This document shows, one piece after another, positions 40,368-53,362 of a stretch of DNA of 64,000 bases (within the stretch, counting starts at the first letter, position 1; every line of letters starts with the position of its first letter). The notes beneath the pieces are model-generated. The model was not told the origin of the DNA and did no database searches. It was given only the letters and a program-made list of their open reading frames with translations. The translations under genes were made by a program, and so were the position numbers. The DNA is taken from NCBI RefSeq assembly GCF_001194135.2, contig NC_068981.1, positions 2,516,402 to 2,580,401 of the forward strand. The letters run 5' to 3'. Source of the DNA: Octopus bimaculoides. Taxonomy: Eukaryota.

Positions 40368-40789
40368 CTTCATGTCAAACGCCTCAAAGTTCTCACCAAA
40401 TCAAGTTTTCATGAAACCACGGGTTTTGTTCGCTTGATTTTCCTTCTTGTTTTCTCTTTCTGATTTCTTTTCTTTTCTTTTTTCTTTTCCAAGTCAAATT
40501 TAATGTCCATTGTCATCTCGGTTGTGTTTTGCCAAAAAGAACATCTCCTTCAATCATACGAGAGGTAAAAACGTACAGATTTATAAAGCCATCCTGAGTG
40601 ATTGCAGCTAAGTCCTCTCTATTTTATTTCCTACTTCCAATATTTTAAATAATTGTATGGAATACGATAAAGATTTCTTTTAGATTAACTCAGCCTTGCT
40701 GTTGGAGAATTGTATTAACATAAAAGCACATATAGGCACAGAAGAAATATGTTAAGACATACGTACATACATACATACATACATACATA

Positions 40790-41085
40790 CGCTGAACTAT
40801 TGAGAAATCTACAGTTACTCTATCCACATTACAAGTTCAGGTTTATACCTGTAATTATTGGAGATCTGGGATATGTAACACACTGCCTAAATACCAATCT
40901 TGAGAAATTAGGCTTCTCAAAACTAGAAATGAGAAAGCTAATTTGAAGACTACAAATCACTGGAACTGTAAAAATCTGTAAAACTTTCCAGAAGTTTATC
41001 ATTTAAATATATATGAGCCTGTCTAGATATGTAACTATATGCATGAGAATATATATATATATAAAGCATACAAATCTGCACATAA
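40790..41085 (+). mobile_element. Dong/R4-like element 3' end (endonuclease C-terminus plus UTR)
   Basis: YAELLRNLQLLYPHYKFRFIPVIIGDLGYV...GTVKICKTF; flanked by (CATA)n. Confidence 0.75.
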
Positions 41086-42458
41086 ACATACATACATGAT
41101 GGCCGACCACTCGTGACTGAGGAAGACCATTGCTGACCTTTAGGAACATTGTGTGATCTAGGACTAACTTATATTTTGCATTTGTTACTCCATTGGTGGC
41201 TAATGAGCCCTGCTCTTGACAAACATACATGACTGCAAACATTGCAAATCAAGCTTTCCCCATTCACTACACTAGCAGTGCGCTTTCGAGTAGCACACTT
41301 AAATTCTTCAAACCAGTCTCTGTGACTAGCAGTAGCATATTCCAGTGTTTCAGCAGCCCATTGAAGAACCTGGTCTCGAAAATCTTCCCATACTGTAGTA
41401 TTTTCAATGCTGGACAAACAAGTCTGAAGCTCTTTCCTCAACACAGCATCATATATCTTGTGGACATTCAGACGCCCAGGAATGCAAACTGGTCCTCTTC
41501 TCTCTTTCACTCTAATTATCATTCGGAACTTTGCTCGCACCAGACTGTGGTCTGTCCAGCATTCCGATCCATGAAAGGACTTGACATTACAAATTTCATA
41601 GATGTCATGCTTGCGGATGATGACAAAATCCAGCAAGTGCCAAACTTTAGACATTGGATGCATCCACATTGTTGTGCGATCACTTTTGTGCATAAAACGA
41701 GTGCTTGCGATGTAAAGTCCATGTTGATTGCAAAGCTCCAGCAGCATGAGACCATTGCTATTCATTTTCCCTACACTAAAACTTCCTAGAGAATTCCATG
41801 TTTGCTAGTCTGTTCCAACCCTGGCACTGAAATCCCACAATAGAATGACTTTATCAGAATTGGGGATTTTCCTAAGTATGACTCTCAGCTCTTTTTACTC
41901 TTTTACTCTTTTACTTGTTTCAGTCATTTGACTGTGTCCATGCTGGAGCACCGCCTTTAGTCGAGCAAATCGACCCCAGGACTTATTCTTTGGAAGCCTG
42001 GTACTTATTCTATCGGTTTCTTTTGCCGAACCGCTAAGTTACGGGGACGTAAACACACCAGCATCGGTTGTCAAGCGATGTTGGGGACAAACACAGACAC
42101 ACAAACATATACACATATATATATATATATATATATACATATATACGACAGGCTTCTTTCAGTTTCCGTCTACCAAATCCACTCACAAGGCATTGGTCGG
42201 CCCGAGGCTATAGTAGAAGACACTTGCCCAAGATGCCACGCAGTGGGAATGAACCCGGAACCATGTGGTTGGTAAGCAAGCTACTTACCACACAGCCGGG
42301 TATAAAAGATAGTTTTATCTTCATCACAACTAGTCAAAGTAGGTGCATAGGCACTTATTAGAGTAGCAAACTGCCCATCTTTCAGGGACAATTGTAGAGT
42401 CGTTAGATGTTCATTTATAGGAACAGGAAGCTCCTCCAACTCCTTAAGGATATCAGAA
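41086..42458 (-). mobile_element. Internally deleted RTE LINE: APE endonuclease fused to the C-terminal Zn-finger-like tail, no RT; split by a SINE
   Basis: ATLISAYAPT...DKVILLWDFSARVG...NSNGLMLLELC...WMHPMSKVWHLLDF...CWTDHSLV...HRDWFEE joined to the ...CNVCSHVCLSRAGLISH tail. Confidence 0.85.
41885..42298 (-). mobile_element. Near full-length SINE family A inserted into the RTE APE domain
   Basis: Head ggctgtgtggtaagtagc and tail (GTAAAAGA)n. Confidence 0.9.
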
Positions 42459-42479
42459 CATACATACATACATACAAAA

Positions 42480-43270
42480 CAAGATCCCACAATGCATCTG
42501 CAGTACTAGATCCCAACATTTGGGATACTTGATTGGTCTGTAGAGGATATCCACTCCATAGACATCAAAACCCGCAAAATCCTGACAACAACTGGGAACC
42601 TCCACAGAAACAGTGATGTTGACAGACTCTACCTAAGAAGAAATGAAGGTGGTAGAGGCCTGAGATCAGTGCAGATGGCCTTCGAATGCTGTATGGTATC
42701 ACTCAGGCAGCATTTGCTAAACAACAGCAGCAAAAATAAATATATTAATGCAGTCCTGAAAAGGGAAGTGAGCAACATTGTACGAGTTGGCTGTGAACTC
42801 AAGAAACACTCTCTTCCTGATGATCTCGTATACAGCCCCAAAAGAGCTGGGCTCTCTTACCTCAGAGAAGACCTGGATGGAAAGCACTCAACATACAAAA
42901 AAAAAAAAAGACCATGCATGGGTATGTTGCCCAGAAGCTTGAAGACACTAGAATTGATACGAAGCACAGCCTTTCTTGGACACAAGACCACTACATCACA
43001 TCACACTTTCAGGGCTATGCGTTTGCAATCCAGGAACAGGAGATTGCCACAAGGTACCTGGTGAACAAGAAAGACAGTGACACTCTTGTAATCCCAAGGT
43101 GCAACCACATGTGTAGGCTATGTCACGTTTCTGTGAAAGACGTTACACATATGATTAGCAGCTGTCCTAAAATATCATCATGGTATTACCTCCCTATGTG
43201 GCACGATGTTGTTGCTAAAACAATTTACAACGCCATCTGCAAAAAAGACTATCCTGAAATAAACTTATAA
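42480..43270 (+). mobile_element. Dong/R4-like LINE fragment (post-RT region and CCHC zinc knuckle)
   Basis: DIKTRKILT...LHRNSDVDRLYLRRNEGGRGL...QEQEIATRY...CRLCHVSVKDVTHMISSC...WHDVVAK. Confidence 0.85.
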
Positions 43271-43574
43271 ACGATGATGATGATGATGATGATGATGATA
43301 TCAATATTTTTTAATGTATTTATATATTTATATATATATATATTTTTATAGCATGATTTTGGGCGTATAATATTTTTATAGCGGAGTATATTTTATTATA
43401 TGTGTATTGATAACCCGTCTTTTGCTTCTCATTAGCATTTTCCTTTTTTCACTCTCTTCCATCTTAACCTTGAAGAAAGACTCTGTCTGAAACATTGAAT
43501 ACCTGGTCTCCCTACTCACACACACAGCAATTTTCAATTTATTTTTCCTGTCATTACACACATATGTTGCTTAA

Positions 43575-43970
43575 CCCTTTTGTTACCAACCTGGCTGGAA
43601 CTGGCTCTGTCTCTATATACAAATGTCTTGTTTTCATAAGTTTTGAATTAAAATCTTCCACCAAACCTTAGCCACAATTTATGTTGCTAACACTAGCTGA
43701 ATGATAACTAAGTTATTTTACTAAATTCTTTGTTATATTCAAAATTAATTGTAAGAAACACAGAACATCTCAATAAATACAGTAATGAAAGGGTTAAAAT
43801 ATATAATAGAGAAACAATTATCAACCCTTTTGTTATTAACCCGGTTGAAACCGCCTCTGGCTCTGAGTACAAATGTCTTGTTTTCAAAAGTTCTGAATTA
43901 AAATCTTCCACCAAACCTTAGTCACAATTTATGTTCCTAACACTAGCTTAATGATATTTTACTAAATTCT
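43575..43970. mobile_element. piggyBac-like MITE dimer: full copy 43575-43793 plus a partial second copy
   Basis: TTAA|CCCTTT...AAAGGG|TTAA; 31-nt spacer; second copy starts at 43825. Confidence 0.8.
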
Positions 43971-43971
43971 T

Positions 43972-44440
43972 TCATCATCATCGTCATCGTTTAACGTCCG
44001 CTTTCCATGCTAGCATGGGTTGGATGATTTGACTGAGGACTGGTGGACCAGGAGGCGACACCAGGCTTCAATCTGATTTGGCAGAGTTTCTACAACTGGA
44101 TGCCCTTCCTAATGCCAACCACTCTGAGAGTGTAGTGGGTGCTTTTACGTGCCACTGGTACGAGTGCCAGTCAGGCGGTACTGGCGATGGCCACGCTCGA
44201 AATGGTGTATTTTACGTGCCACCTGCACAGGAGCCAGTCCATCGGCACTGGCAATGATCTCGCTCGAATGTCTTTTCACGTGCCATTGGCACAAGTGCCA
44301 GGAAAGGTGACGTTGGTAACAATCACGCTGGTGCTATTTACATGCCACCAGCACGGAAGCCAGACAGCTGCTCTGGCAACGATCGCGCTCGGACGGTGCT
44401 CTTAATGCTCTACTGGTACAGGTGCCATCACGATTTTGCT
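43972..44440 (-). mobile_element. RTE LINE 3'UTR copy with subrepeats
   Basis: Same (GAT)n-tailed UTR as elsewhere. Confidence 0.8.
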
Positions 44441-44509
44441 TTCGCTATCTAAAATAATTGAGAGAAACACAGAGCATCCCACTCAATATATCTGGTAGGT
44501 GATATACTC

Positions 44510-44724
44510 TCTTTTATGTTTCAGTCATTTTGACTGTAGCCATGCTGGAGCACCACCTTTGGTCGAACAAATCAACCCCAGGACTTATTCTTTGTAAGCC
44601 TAGTACTTATTCTGCTGGTCTCTTTTGCCGAACCGCTAGGTTAAGGGGACATAAACACACCAACATTGGTGTCAAGTGATGATGGTGGGGACAAATGCAG
44701 ACACACAAATACATACGTACATAC

Positions 44725-44763
<39 letters not shown>

Positions 44764-44773
44764 NNNNNNNNNN

Positions 44774-44812
<39 letters not shown>

Positions 44813-44965
44813 CGAGCTTCTCTCAGTTTTCATTTACCAAATCCACTTCCAAGACTTTGGTCAGCCCAAAGCTATGGTAGAAGACACTTGCCCAGTGCAA
44901 CTGAACCGGGAACCATGTGGTTGGGAAGCAAGCTTCTTTCTTACCACACAGCCACTCCTGTGCCT
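44510..44965 (-). mobile_element. SINE family A copy
   Basis: Head, body and tail match 41885-42298. Confidence 0.8.
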
Positions 44966-44984
44966 GTACGTTTTTTTTTTTTAT

Positions 44985-45111
44985 TAATTAAAACTGAAGA
45001 TGTGAGTTTGTCACACAACTCGAGTTTCATCCCACCGTGATCCTCAGGCTAAAGGTCAAATTGACGTGAAACTCAAGTCACAACACAAACTCTCAGCTTC
45101 AGCTTTAATAA
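44985..45111. mobile_element. Small MITE with about 45-bp imperfect TIRs
   Basis: aactgaagatgtgagtttgt...gagtttca pairs with tgaaactc...acaaactctcagcttcagct. Confidence 0.6.
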
Positions 45112-45863
45112 ACATCTACAAATACATACATACGTATGTATGTATGTATGTATGTATGTATGTATGTATGTACATATGTATTTATGTCTGTGTTTATGTG
45201 TTGAAGGAGTTTACCAATGACAGTTGAACTGACCTTTTTGTTTATGCATAACTGAATCTTCAGTTAGATATCTTTTTTATCCATTATATAAATGTTCTTT
45301 ATTGTTATATCTTTGTGAATTACTTATATCATAATGATATTATTACTGAGTCGATCAAAAAATTATGGGGGCATCAACAAACCAACACCGGTTATCAAGT
45401 GGTGGGTGTGGGGACAAATACAGATGCAAAGACACACACACATACAATGGGCTTCTTTCAGTTTCCATCTACCAAATCCACTCACAAGGCCTGAGGCTAT
45501 AGCAGAAGACACTTGCCCAGGGTGCCATGCAGTGGGGTTGAACCCGGAATGATGCAGCTGGGAAGCAACTTCTTATCACATAACCACACCTTAAGAAAAT
45601 TAATTAGTAAAACCAGTTATTATTAGTAAATCTACTCGTTAGCTGTTGTAAAGTAGAGGTAAATAAACATATTTGATAGCCATGTGAAAAATCATTATCT
45701 TTTATGAATTTTCCCACAGTTTAAGTTGTTTAATTAATAACAACAACAAAGAAGTAATTATTTTTTAAATATTTTTAATATCTTTTGAGAGAAAAGACTT
45801 TTTTCTCGAAATAATTTGGAAATTATTTCTAACTGAAATTAGTCATACATTTCCTGAAACATT

Positions 45864-45946
45864 CTAATGCAAAAACGAAGATAAGAGTGTTGCATTCATG
45901 TATTCCATCTTTATGTAGGTGTTATTGTTTGGAACGTATGCCACAT
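45864..45946 (-). CDS. Gene B terminal exon U7: (D)VAYVPNNNTYIKMEYMNATLLSSFLH*
   Basis: Very strong acceptor ttctttttattgtgtttctttgtttctag; phase 1 start; TAG at 45864-45866; YxPxxNxxIxxxY resembles the end of the DUF4430/transcobalamin beta-domain. Confidence 0.65.
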
Positions 45947-46149
45947 CTAGAAACAAAGAAACACAATAAAAAGAAAGTGAAAATGTTTATATGTTGAAAT
46001 TAAACTTTTTTTAAAAAAAATTTATTAATAATTAAATTCTTGTGTTAAAATCCATGAACAAGGCTGGAAAGTTAAATTAGCAAACAAGATTTAAAGTTTA
46101 ACAACCAAAAATGTTACAATCGATTTATATGACTATTTGTCTATAGCAG

Positions 46150-46375
46150 GTATCCTTGCTGGAGAAGTAAAGAAGAACTTGTGAGCAATGTGTTGCTGTG
46201 GACACCAAATCATGGTACTACAACGGCTGGAAGACCATGGAAGATGTATATATACAACAGCTTGCAGAAGATGTCGGATGCCAAGTTGGAGACCTAAAAA
46301 CACTAATGGAAGATTGGGAGGGGTGGAGAGGGGTAGTCAGGCTAGCCCAGGCAGTCTGTCTGGCTGGATGACAGC
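46150..46375 (+). mobile_element. RTE-like LINE ORF2 3' end, third family
   Basis: CWRSKEELVSNVLLWTPNHG...GRPWKMYIQQLAED...DWEGWR. Confidence 0.75.
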
Positions 46376-47219
46376 ATGATAAAAAAAAGAAAAAGTTACC
46401 CTTCACCTATCCTAAGGTTATCACCTGATCTTTGAGTGCCTTTAACAAAAACCAATCTGATGTGAGATTTTAGGCTAGGTTTTTGAATTCTTTATATTTT
46501 GGTCCATGAGAATCAGGGGCTTTGAAAAAGGTTGTGTACACTGTCCTTTCCTCTTTGACTAAGCCATTTAAAAACTGAGTGACTTTGTGAAATCTATTCT
46601 TGGGTGATGTGATTTTTATCATCCAGGATTATTTAAAATATTCTGTTTTATACAAACATAAAAAAACCAAAATAACTAAAGAAAAGGACTATTCCTCTGT
46701 CTTCATAAAGTTCTTTCTACTATAAGCACAAGGCCTGAAATTTTGGAGAAGAGGGGCAGTCAATAATATCAACCCCACCACTCAACTGGTACCTTGAAAG
46801 GATGGAAGGCAAAGTTGACTTTGGCAGGATTTGAACTCAGAATGTAAAAAGCTGGAAGAAAAACTGCCGAGCATTTTGTTTGGGGTGATAGCAGTTCTGC
46901 CAGCTCACCACCCTCCCCTGACTTTGTAAGGATAATTTTAAAGGGATTATATTTATTTATTTATTGTCCACAAGGGGCTGAACATAGAGGGGACAAACAA
47001 GGACAGACAAGGGGATTAAGTCGATTACATTGACCCCAGTGCGTAACTGGTACTTATTTAATCGACCCCGAAAGGATGAAAGGCAAAGTCGACCTCGATT
47101 GGCTTCATCTACTCCTTTGCTCATGGCTTTAGAGTTTTGGTGTATTAACGACATTGTTTGTGGCTACATTGAAGAGAATAAGAATTGGCTAAATTTCTTA
47201 TAATATGTCTTTTTGTTAA

Positions 47220-47420
47220 AGGCGGCAAGCTGACAGAATTGTTAGCACGCCGGGCAAAATGCTTAGTGGTATTTCGTCTGTCTTTACGTTCTGAGTTCAA
47301 ATTCTGCTCAGGTTGACTTTGCCTTTCATAATTTCGGGGTCAATAAATTAAGTACCAGTTGCATACTAGGGTCGATCTAATCAATTGCCCCCCCATCCCC
47401 AAAAACGCCTAGAATAGAAA
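47220..47420 (+). mobile_element. SINE family C, near full length; inverted partial copies at 46725-47098
   Basis: ggcggcaagctgacag...gagttcaaatt (B-box-like)...gactttgcctttcat...ggggtcaataaattaagtaccag. Confidence 0.75.
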
Positions 47421-49691
47421 AGAATGTCTTTTTGTTTGACAACCTCTAAGAACAATATTTGAAGACTATTTTAAATATTTTATTATCTATTCTGTGTGAA
47501 AGGAAGAAGCACAAAGGCAATATTAAATGAAATTTCATGATCGCATTCCCTCTTGATGCAGACTATATCTTGTATACAAATAGATGTTATGACTGCCATA
47601 TTGGGTGAGTTAGAGCTTTAAGTAGATTATCATTCTCCAACCAACTTCCAGTACAGTGGTTAGTTTACCATTGTACATTGTAGGGTTACTAGTTATGATA
47701 TGTGGAGGCACATAGCCAAGTGGCTAGAGCAACAGACTCACAGTCAAGGGATCGCAGGTTCGAATCTCAGACCGGGCGATGTGTGTGTTTATGAGCGAAA
47801 CACCCAAGCACCATGCAGCTCCAGCAGAAGGTAATGGTGAACCTCTGCTGACTCTTTTGCCACAACTTTCTCCCACTCTTTCCCCCCGCATCTAGCAGCT
47901 CACCTGCGACGGACCAGCGTCCCATCCAGGTGGGGAGCCTATATGCAAACAAAACTGGGAGACTGCCCCTTATGACTTAAGCATGACTCGAGAAGGAACA
48001 AGCAACAGCAACAGTTGTGATATGCAGAACATATGCAGAGGAACATTAAGATAAACACAGGTATGAATTATTTGTCCCTCTTTGTAGGTGTCATGCACAA
48101 GGTACTGGTGAGGGCCCACGGGAAAAAGCAGCCATGCTAGTGTCACATGAAAAGTGCTTTTTACACTGTGTAAAGGGGTTGGCATTAAGAAGGGCATCCA
48201 GCTGTAGGAGCCAGGCCAAAAGAGACAAGGGAACCTGGTGCAGCTACTGGCCTTAGCAGTTCCTGTCAAGCTGTCCGACACATGCCAGCATGGAAATGGA
48301 TGTTGAATGATGATGATGATGGTGATGATGATGATGACAATGATGATGATGACAATGATGGTGTTCCCCTAATGATCCATTGTGGTTAGGTTTCCTAAAA
48401 CATTTGGAATGTCCAATGATGTGTTCCGATTAACTGCAATGGTGAAATATACACAGAGACAAATAATTCATACGTTTCTATCTTAATTTACCCTGTAAAC
48501 TGTAATAAAGATAAAATGATATTGAATGAGATATTTAAGCAGGCATGATTGTTGGAGTTAAGAAGTTTCTTTCACAACTCTGAGGTTTTAGGTTCAGTCC
48601 CACTAAATGGCATCTTTGGAGGATACCTTCTGCTATAAACCTTAAGCTGCTTTGTGTTTACAATTTAGAAGACAGAAAGTGTATGGGAGAAAAACCAGAG
48701 TGATTGTTCCTGTTTTGAGGTTGTAGATTTAATTGGTGGCCTGGTTTAACAGCAGCGCCACCTGGGCCTTAGATGAATTTAATGATGTTCACTCTGTTGT
48801 AAGTATGTAGATCAGGTCACCAGTTTAAGAGTAACTCCTTTCCTTCATTCTACCAGACTTGAAGGCCATGTCTAGGGCACTAACTTTCCACTTCTGACTA
48901 ACCACACAAAAAAAAAAAGAAAGTGTATTGTAGAGAGTTGTCATCATCAATGTTTTAATGTCCACTTTTCCATTCTTGTATGGGTCAGCTGGAATTCAGT
49001 GAAGCACATTCTCTATAGCTGGATGCCTTTCCTGTCACCAAACCATACCTGTTTCACCATGACCAGACAATCGTCTCGTGGAAGATTCCAAACGAATGAC
49101 ACCGCCTGCATGACAGTGACACTTCTTTACAACTATCTTGTCTTGATGTTGAGATAAGGATGCATGCACATACACATTCTTTCTCCTTTTCTTGTTAGAA
49201 AGAGAGAAAGAATGTGTATTTTCTCTACAGCAAGACTCCTATATCTGTCTCCTCTATCCCTGGTACAAAGCCGCTTCCCTCAATACTTCCCCACGCCTCT
49301 GCTAAGGGGTCTTGTATTGCAAGTTACTGATGCCTTCATTAGTAATGATGCCTTGAATAAAAGCACTCAGAACGTTCAGTGTAGTGGTTGGTATTAAAAA
49401 GAGTATCCAGTCATAGAAACCATGGCAAAACAGATATTGGGGCTGAACATCTAATCCATATCAGCATGGAAAATGGATGTTCAATGGTGATGATGATGAT
49501 GATGATATATACATATACTTCTTTCAGATTCCATTTACCAAATCCACTCACAAGGCTTTTGCTGACCCAGGGCTACAGTAGAAGACACCTGTCCAAAGTG
49601 CCGTATCATGGGACTGAACCTGAAACAACATGGTTGCAAAAGTAAACTTCTTTACCACACAGCCATGGTGAGAATAAATATAAAACTTTAC

Positions 49692-49840
49692 CTAAATCTT
49701 TCTCTCCAGATAATGTATATAGCAGCCAATATCTCGATGACAAATGTGAGCCATATATTTCCGTAGTGTTACACAGTGTCTGTACATATTCACCTACCTT
49801 TCTTTCGTTTATGCGAGAATTTCTTTGAAAAGTAGTATAA
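49692..49840 (-). CDS. Gene B exon U6, phase 2-1: (N)YTTFQRNSRINERKVGEYVQTLCNTTEIYGSHLSSRYWLLYTLSGEKDL
   Basis: Acceptor tttgattttctttctag and donor TTA G|gtaaag; 149 bp; GxYVxxLC and YWLLY motifs. Confidence 0.75.
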
Positions 49841-51304
49841 CTAGAAAGAAAATCAAATACGTTTGTTAATACAACAGAATTATGAAACTTGGCCTTAGCA
49901 CAGAATGCCAATAATGATAAATTGATTGAGAATTTAGATGTTATAAGGTTAAAGATAGAGCTAGTTTACTAATTAGAGGAAAGCAAAGGAATTTTATTGT
50001 GAGAATCTTTTAACTAATCTGTTGAACCTATTTTGGTACATAAAGTTTGTTTCTCAATTTCTTCTTTACTTGTTCTCTCTCAACTCAATACTTCTAAGTA
50101 GCAAATAACTTTGTAAATAACGTGGCCTTTATCTGTATGTATGTGTTTCTCTTTTCACCGTTCTATATAAGAGATGGAGCAGGTATATTTTTATATCATC
50201 AAAGACAATATCGGTATATCATTGGTTATGGTATACAACTGGTCAGAATGTTGCCATTGGTCTTGCACTGAATATTGTTTAATAGCAATATTCAACTTGA
50301 AACTAACAGTAACAATCTGATTAGTTATATGCCATAACCAGTAAACTGGTATTTCAAATGGAGATGGTATGAAAACATCTGCAATTAAAGATGTGTTAAA
50401 GAATTTTCTGTGTCTTCTCCTTTACATTGGATTTTATATATATATATATATATATTATCGGTCACACATGTGTAGTGTATGTGCAACTGATAATGTTTAC
50501 ATTACTACTAGAACTGCTTTTAATTTGTCATTCTTTCCCATGTGCTATGCTGCAGCACATCAGCAAATAGACTTCACTCTATTTGCCTATCAGTCTCAGA
50601 CCAACAATTCATTTTGTTTCAAGGTGATCTGATAACACGGTATTGAGGAGACACAATAAAGGCAAAATATTGACATCTACCACTCATGGATATTTTAGGG
50701 CAAATTGTCTTGCCTGGTCCGGGACATTCAGTGTCCTTTAACACTCACCATCATGTAGGGAGCTTTCCCTGGATGCAGCAAACAGAAGTATAACAAAAAA
50801 CACATACTCTACTTTCAACTGAAAATAATTTGAAATTCAAAAGTAGGATGTGATTTTTTTTCACGTAAATCTTCTATAAAAGTTAATCTGGAGTATCAAT
50901 CCTGCTGTAACATCTCATAATACATAGGGTTAAAAAGACGCTTGGACAAAAATGATGGAAAGCTACATGTGAGATTCAAATCATACAGCTACATTCGTGA
51001 TATCATGTTAATGAAATAGTTTTCTAAATTTGATGACGGGCCTTGCCTAAATCCTCACATCTTTCCACTTCCTCACAGCAAAGAAATATCTAAGAAGGCT
51101 TGTCAGTCTGTCTCATGGTCCCAACAGACAAAATGGAAAGATGTTGCTCTGGAGGTTTGGAAAGATGTTGCTCTGGAGGTTTGGAAAGATGTGTTGGAAC
51201 AGCCACTCTGATTCAAAGGGCTTGCACTTGTAGATAACCATCTCTGCCCCAATATATCGTTTATGAAAGATCTACATATTTCTAAATGCTTCTAAAGTGC
51301 CCTG

Positions 51305-52350
51305 AGAGAAATGTTAGACATAAGAAGCATTGGATGTGGCGTGCAAGAGGGACGTTTGTGTTGGTATGGTCACATACTGTGGATGGATGAGGAGAGCTGT
51401 GTGAAGAAGTGCCACTGCCAAAAAGTGGAAGGAATCCGGGGTAGAGGGAAATCCAGGAAGAGATGGGATGAGGTGGAGAAGCATGACCTTCGAACGTTGG
51501 GCCTCACAGAGGCAATGACAAAAGACCAAGACCTCTGGAGATCTGCTGTGACTGCGAAGACTCAGCAAATAAAGTGAGTTCACAGTTGTAACCCACACCA
51601 GTGTCGCATAACCAGCCCACTCAAAAGTACCTTGGATCATAGGGCAACATGCTGTGCTTGAGGAGACCTATTGAGTCAAGTACATCAACATCAGCAATAT
51701 CAAAATCAAATCAAATGGAAATTGTAGTTGTGAGCCCCGTGCCAGTAGCACGTAAAAAGCACCATCTGAACGTGGCCAATGCCAGTGCTGCCTTGACTGG
51801 CTTCCGTGCTGGTGGCATGTAAAAAGCACGCACTACACTCTCAGAGTGGTTGATGTTAGGAAGGGCATCCAGCGGCGATCTTTCGATACTAGTACGCAGC
51901 AACATCTGGTCGTTGCGCACACGCATACTGATTACATGATCGTATAGTGTGTTTATGTGTTTAAAATTTCAGTTCGGATGGCACCTTACTCACTTGCACC
52001 TTGGCCACACGTTTGCTGCAGTACGAAGGCAAGAGCACCCATTCCTCTGTCCTTATTGCCTCTGTGGAGTGCTTTATTGCTTCCTCCTCCGTTGTGAAGT
52101 GCACCTCCACAGTGGTGTATCTCCTCCCTATACTGATTACATGATCGTATAGTGTGTTTATGTGTTTAAAGTTTGAGAACTGTATGCATCTGAGGGGGAG
52201 ACCGGATGTTCTTGCATACTAGTATCGAAAGATCGCCCATCCAGCTGTAGAAACACTGCCAGATCAGATTGGGGCAGGTGCAGCCTCCTGGCTTCCCAAA
52301 CCCCAGTCGAACCGTCCAACCCATGCCAGCATGGAAAGCGGACGTTAAAC

Positions 52351-52380
<30 letters not shown>
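51305..52380 (+). mobile_element. RTE LINE 3' end (ORF2 C-terminus plus UTR) interrupted by a MITE
   Basis: RLCWYGHILWMDEESCVKKC...GRGKSRKRW; UTR resumes at 52238 and ends in (GAT)n. Confidence 0.85.
51874..52237. mobile_element. 364-bp non-autonomous DNA transposon, Merlin-like
   Basis: About 38-bp TIR GGCGATCTTTCGATACTAGTA...; exact 8-bp TSD CATCCAGC at 51866-51873 and 52238-52245. Confidence 0.85.
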
Positions 52381-52381
<1 letters not shown>

Positions 52382-52510
52382 TTATTAATGAATATCAATA
52401 ACTAGAAGTAACTGTCATATGACAGGTAAAAGTTTGGAAGACAGATGTCGAATGATGATGATGATGTAAATGTTGGTTGGTTGGCTGATTTTTCCAGTCA
52501 TGCTTTACAT

Positions 52511-52561
<51 letters not shown>

Positions 52562-52974
52562 TTAACTTCTGCACATACAAGGCCTGGTGACAAGCAAAGA
52601 GTAAAAGAACGCTACACACATACAGGGAGAAAGAATCAGAGAGGAGGAGGAGGAGGAGGAGGAGGAGGAGGAGATGACAGAATAGTTATAAGACAAGTTA
52701 TACAAACAAGAAATTTATTTTATTTAATTTTATTTCAAGGTGATCAATATTTTTCTTTTTGGAAATTAGTCTTCATTTCATCATTTTGTTGAAGCACCAA
52801 GAAATTTTATAAAAAGTTAAAATCATAATTATTATATGTCTGCCATAATTCTTGATACTAGCCAGGGTGGCAAAAGTATATTTTGAATGTTACTTGTCAT
52901 ATAACATGTATCTCTAATTATATACATTAATTAGTTATTCTCATTATGCATATTCATTAAAAATATAACCCTGT

Positions 52975-53362
52975 ATCTTACTTTTAATTGTTTCAGTTAT
53001 TAAACTGTGGCTATGCTAGGGCACCACCCTGAAGAATTTTAGTCGAGTGAATTGGCCCTTGTATTATTTTTCTTAACCCTGGTACTTATTTTAATGGGAT
53101 ACCTTTTGCTGAACTACTAAGTTACAGGGATGTAAATACATCAACACCAGTTGTCAAGCAGTGGTGGGGGACAAAACACAGATGACAACACACACACACA
53201 CACATATATGATGAGCTTCTTTCACTTTCTGTCTGCCAAATCCACTCATAAGGCTTTGATCAGCCTGAGGCTATAGTGGAAGACACTTGCCCAAGGTGCC
53301 ACACAGTGGGACTGAACCCAGAACCATGTGGTTGGGAAGCAATCTTCTTACCACACAGCCAT
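52975..53362 (-). mobile_element. SINE family A copy
   Basis: Matches the other copies. Confidence 0.75.

Noticed and set aside
50308-50378. Acceptor plus open frame DVFIPSPFEIPVYWLWHITNQIVT
   Set aside because: Phase-incompatible with U5 and U6, which already join to complete the domain.
50749-50818. Minus-strand exon-like segment with a strong donor (ATG|gtgagt) encoding signal-peptide-like LKVEYVFFVILLFAASRESSLHD
   Set aside because: It lies in the U5-U6 intron, which needs a phase 2-2 exon; in phase 2 it gives an immediate stop. At best a cryptic or poison exon.
51134-51191. 24-bp tandem duplication; also an 82-bp duplication at 38680-38814
   Set aside because: Ordinary local slippage with no coding or structural signal.
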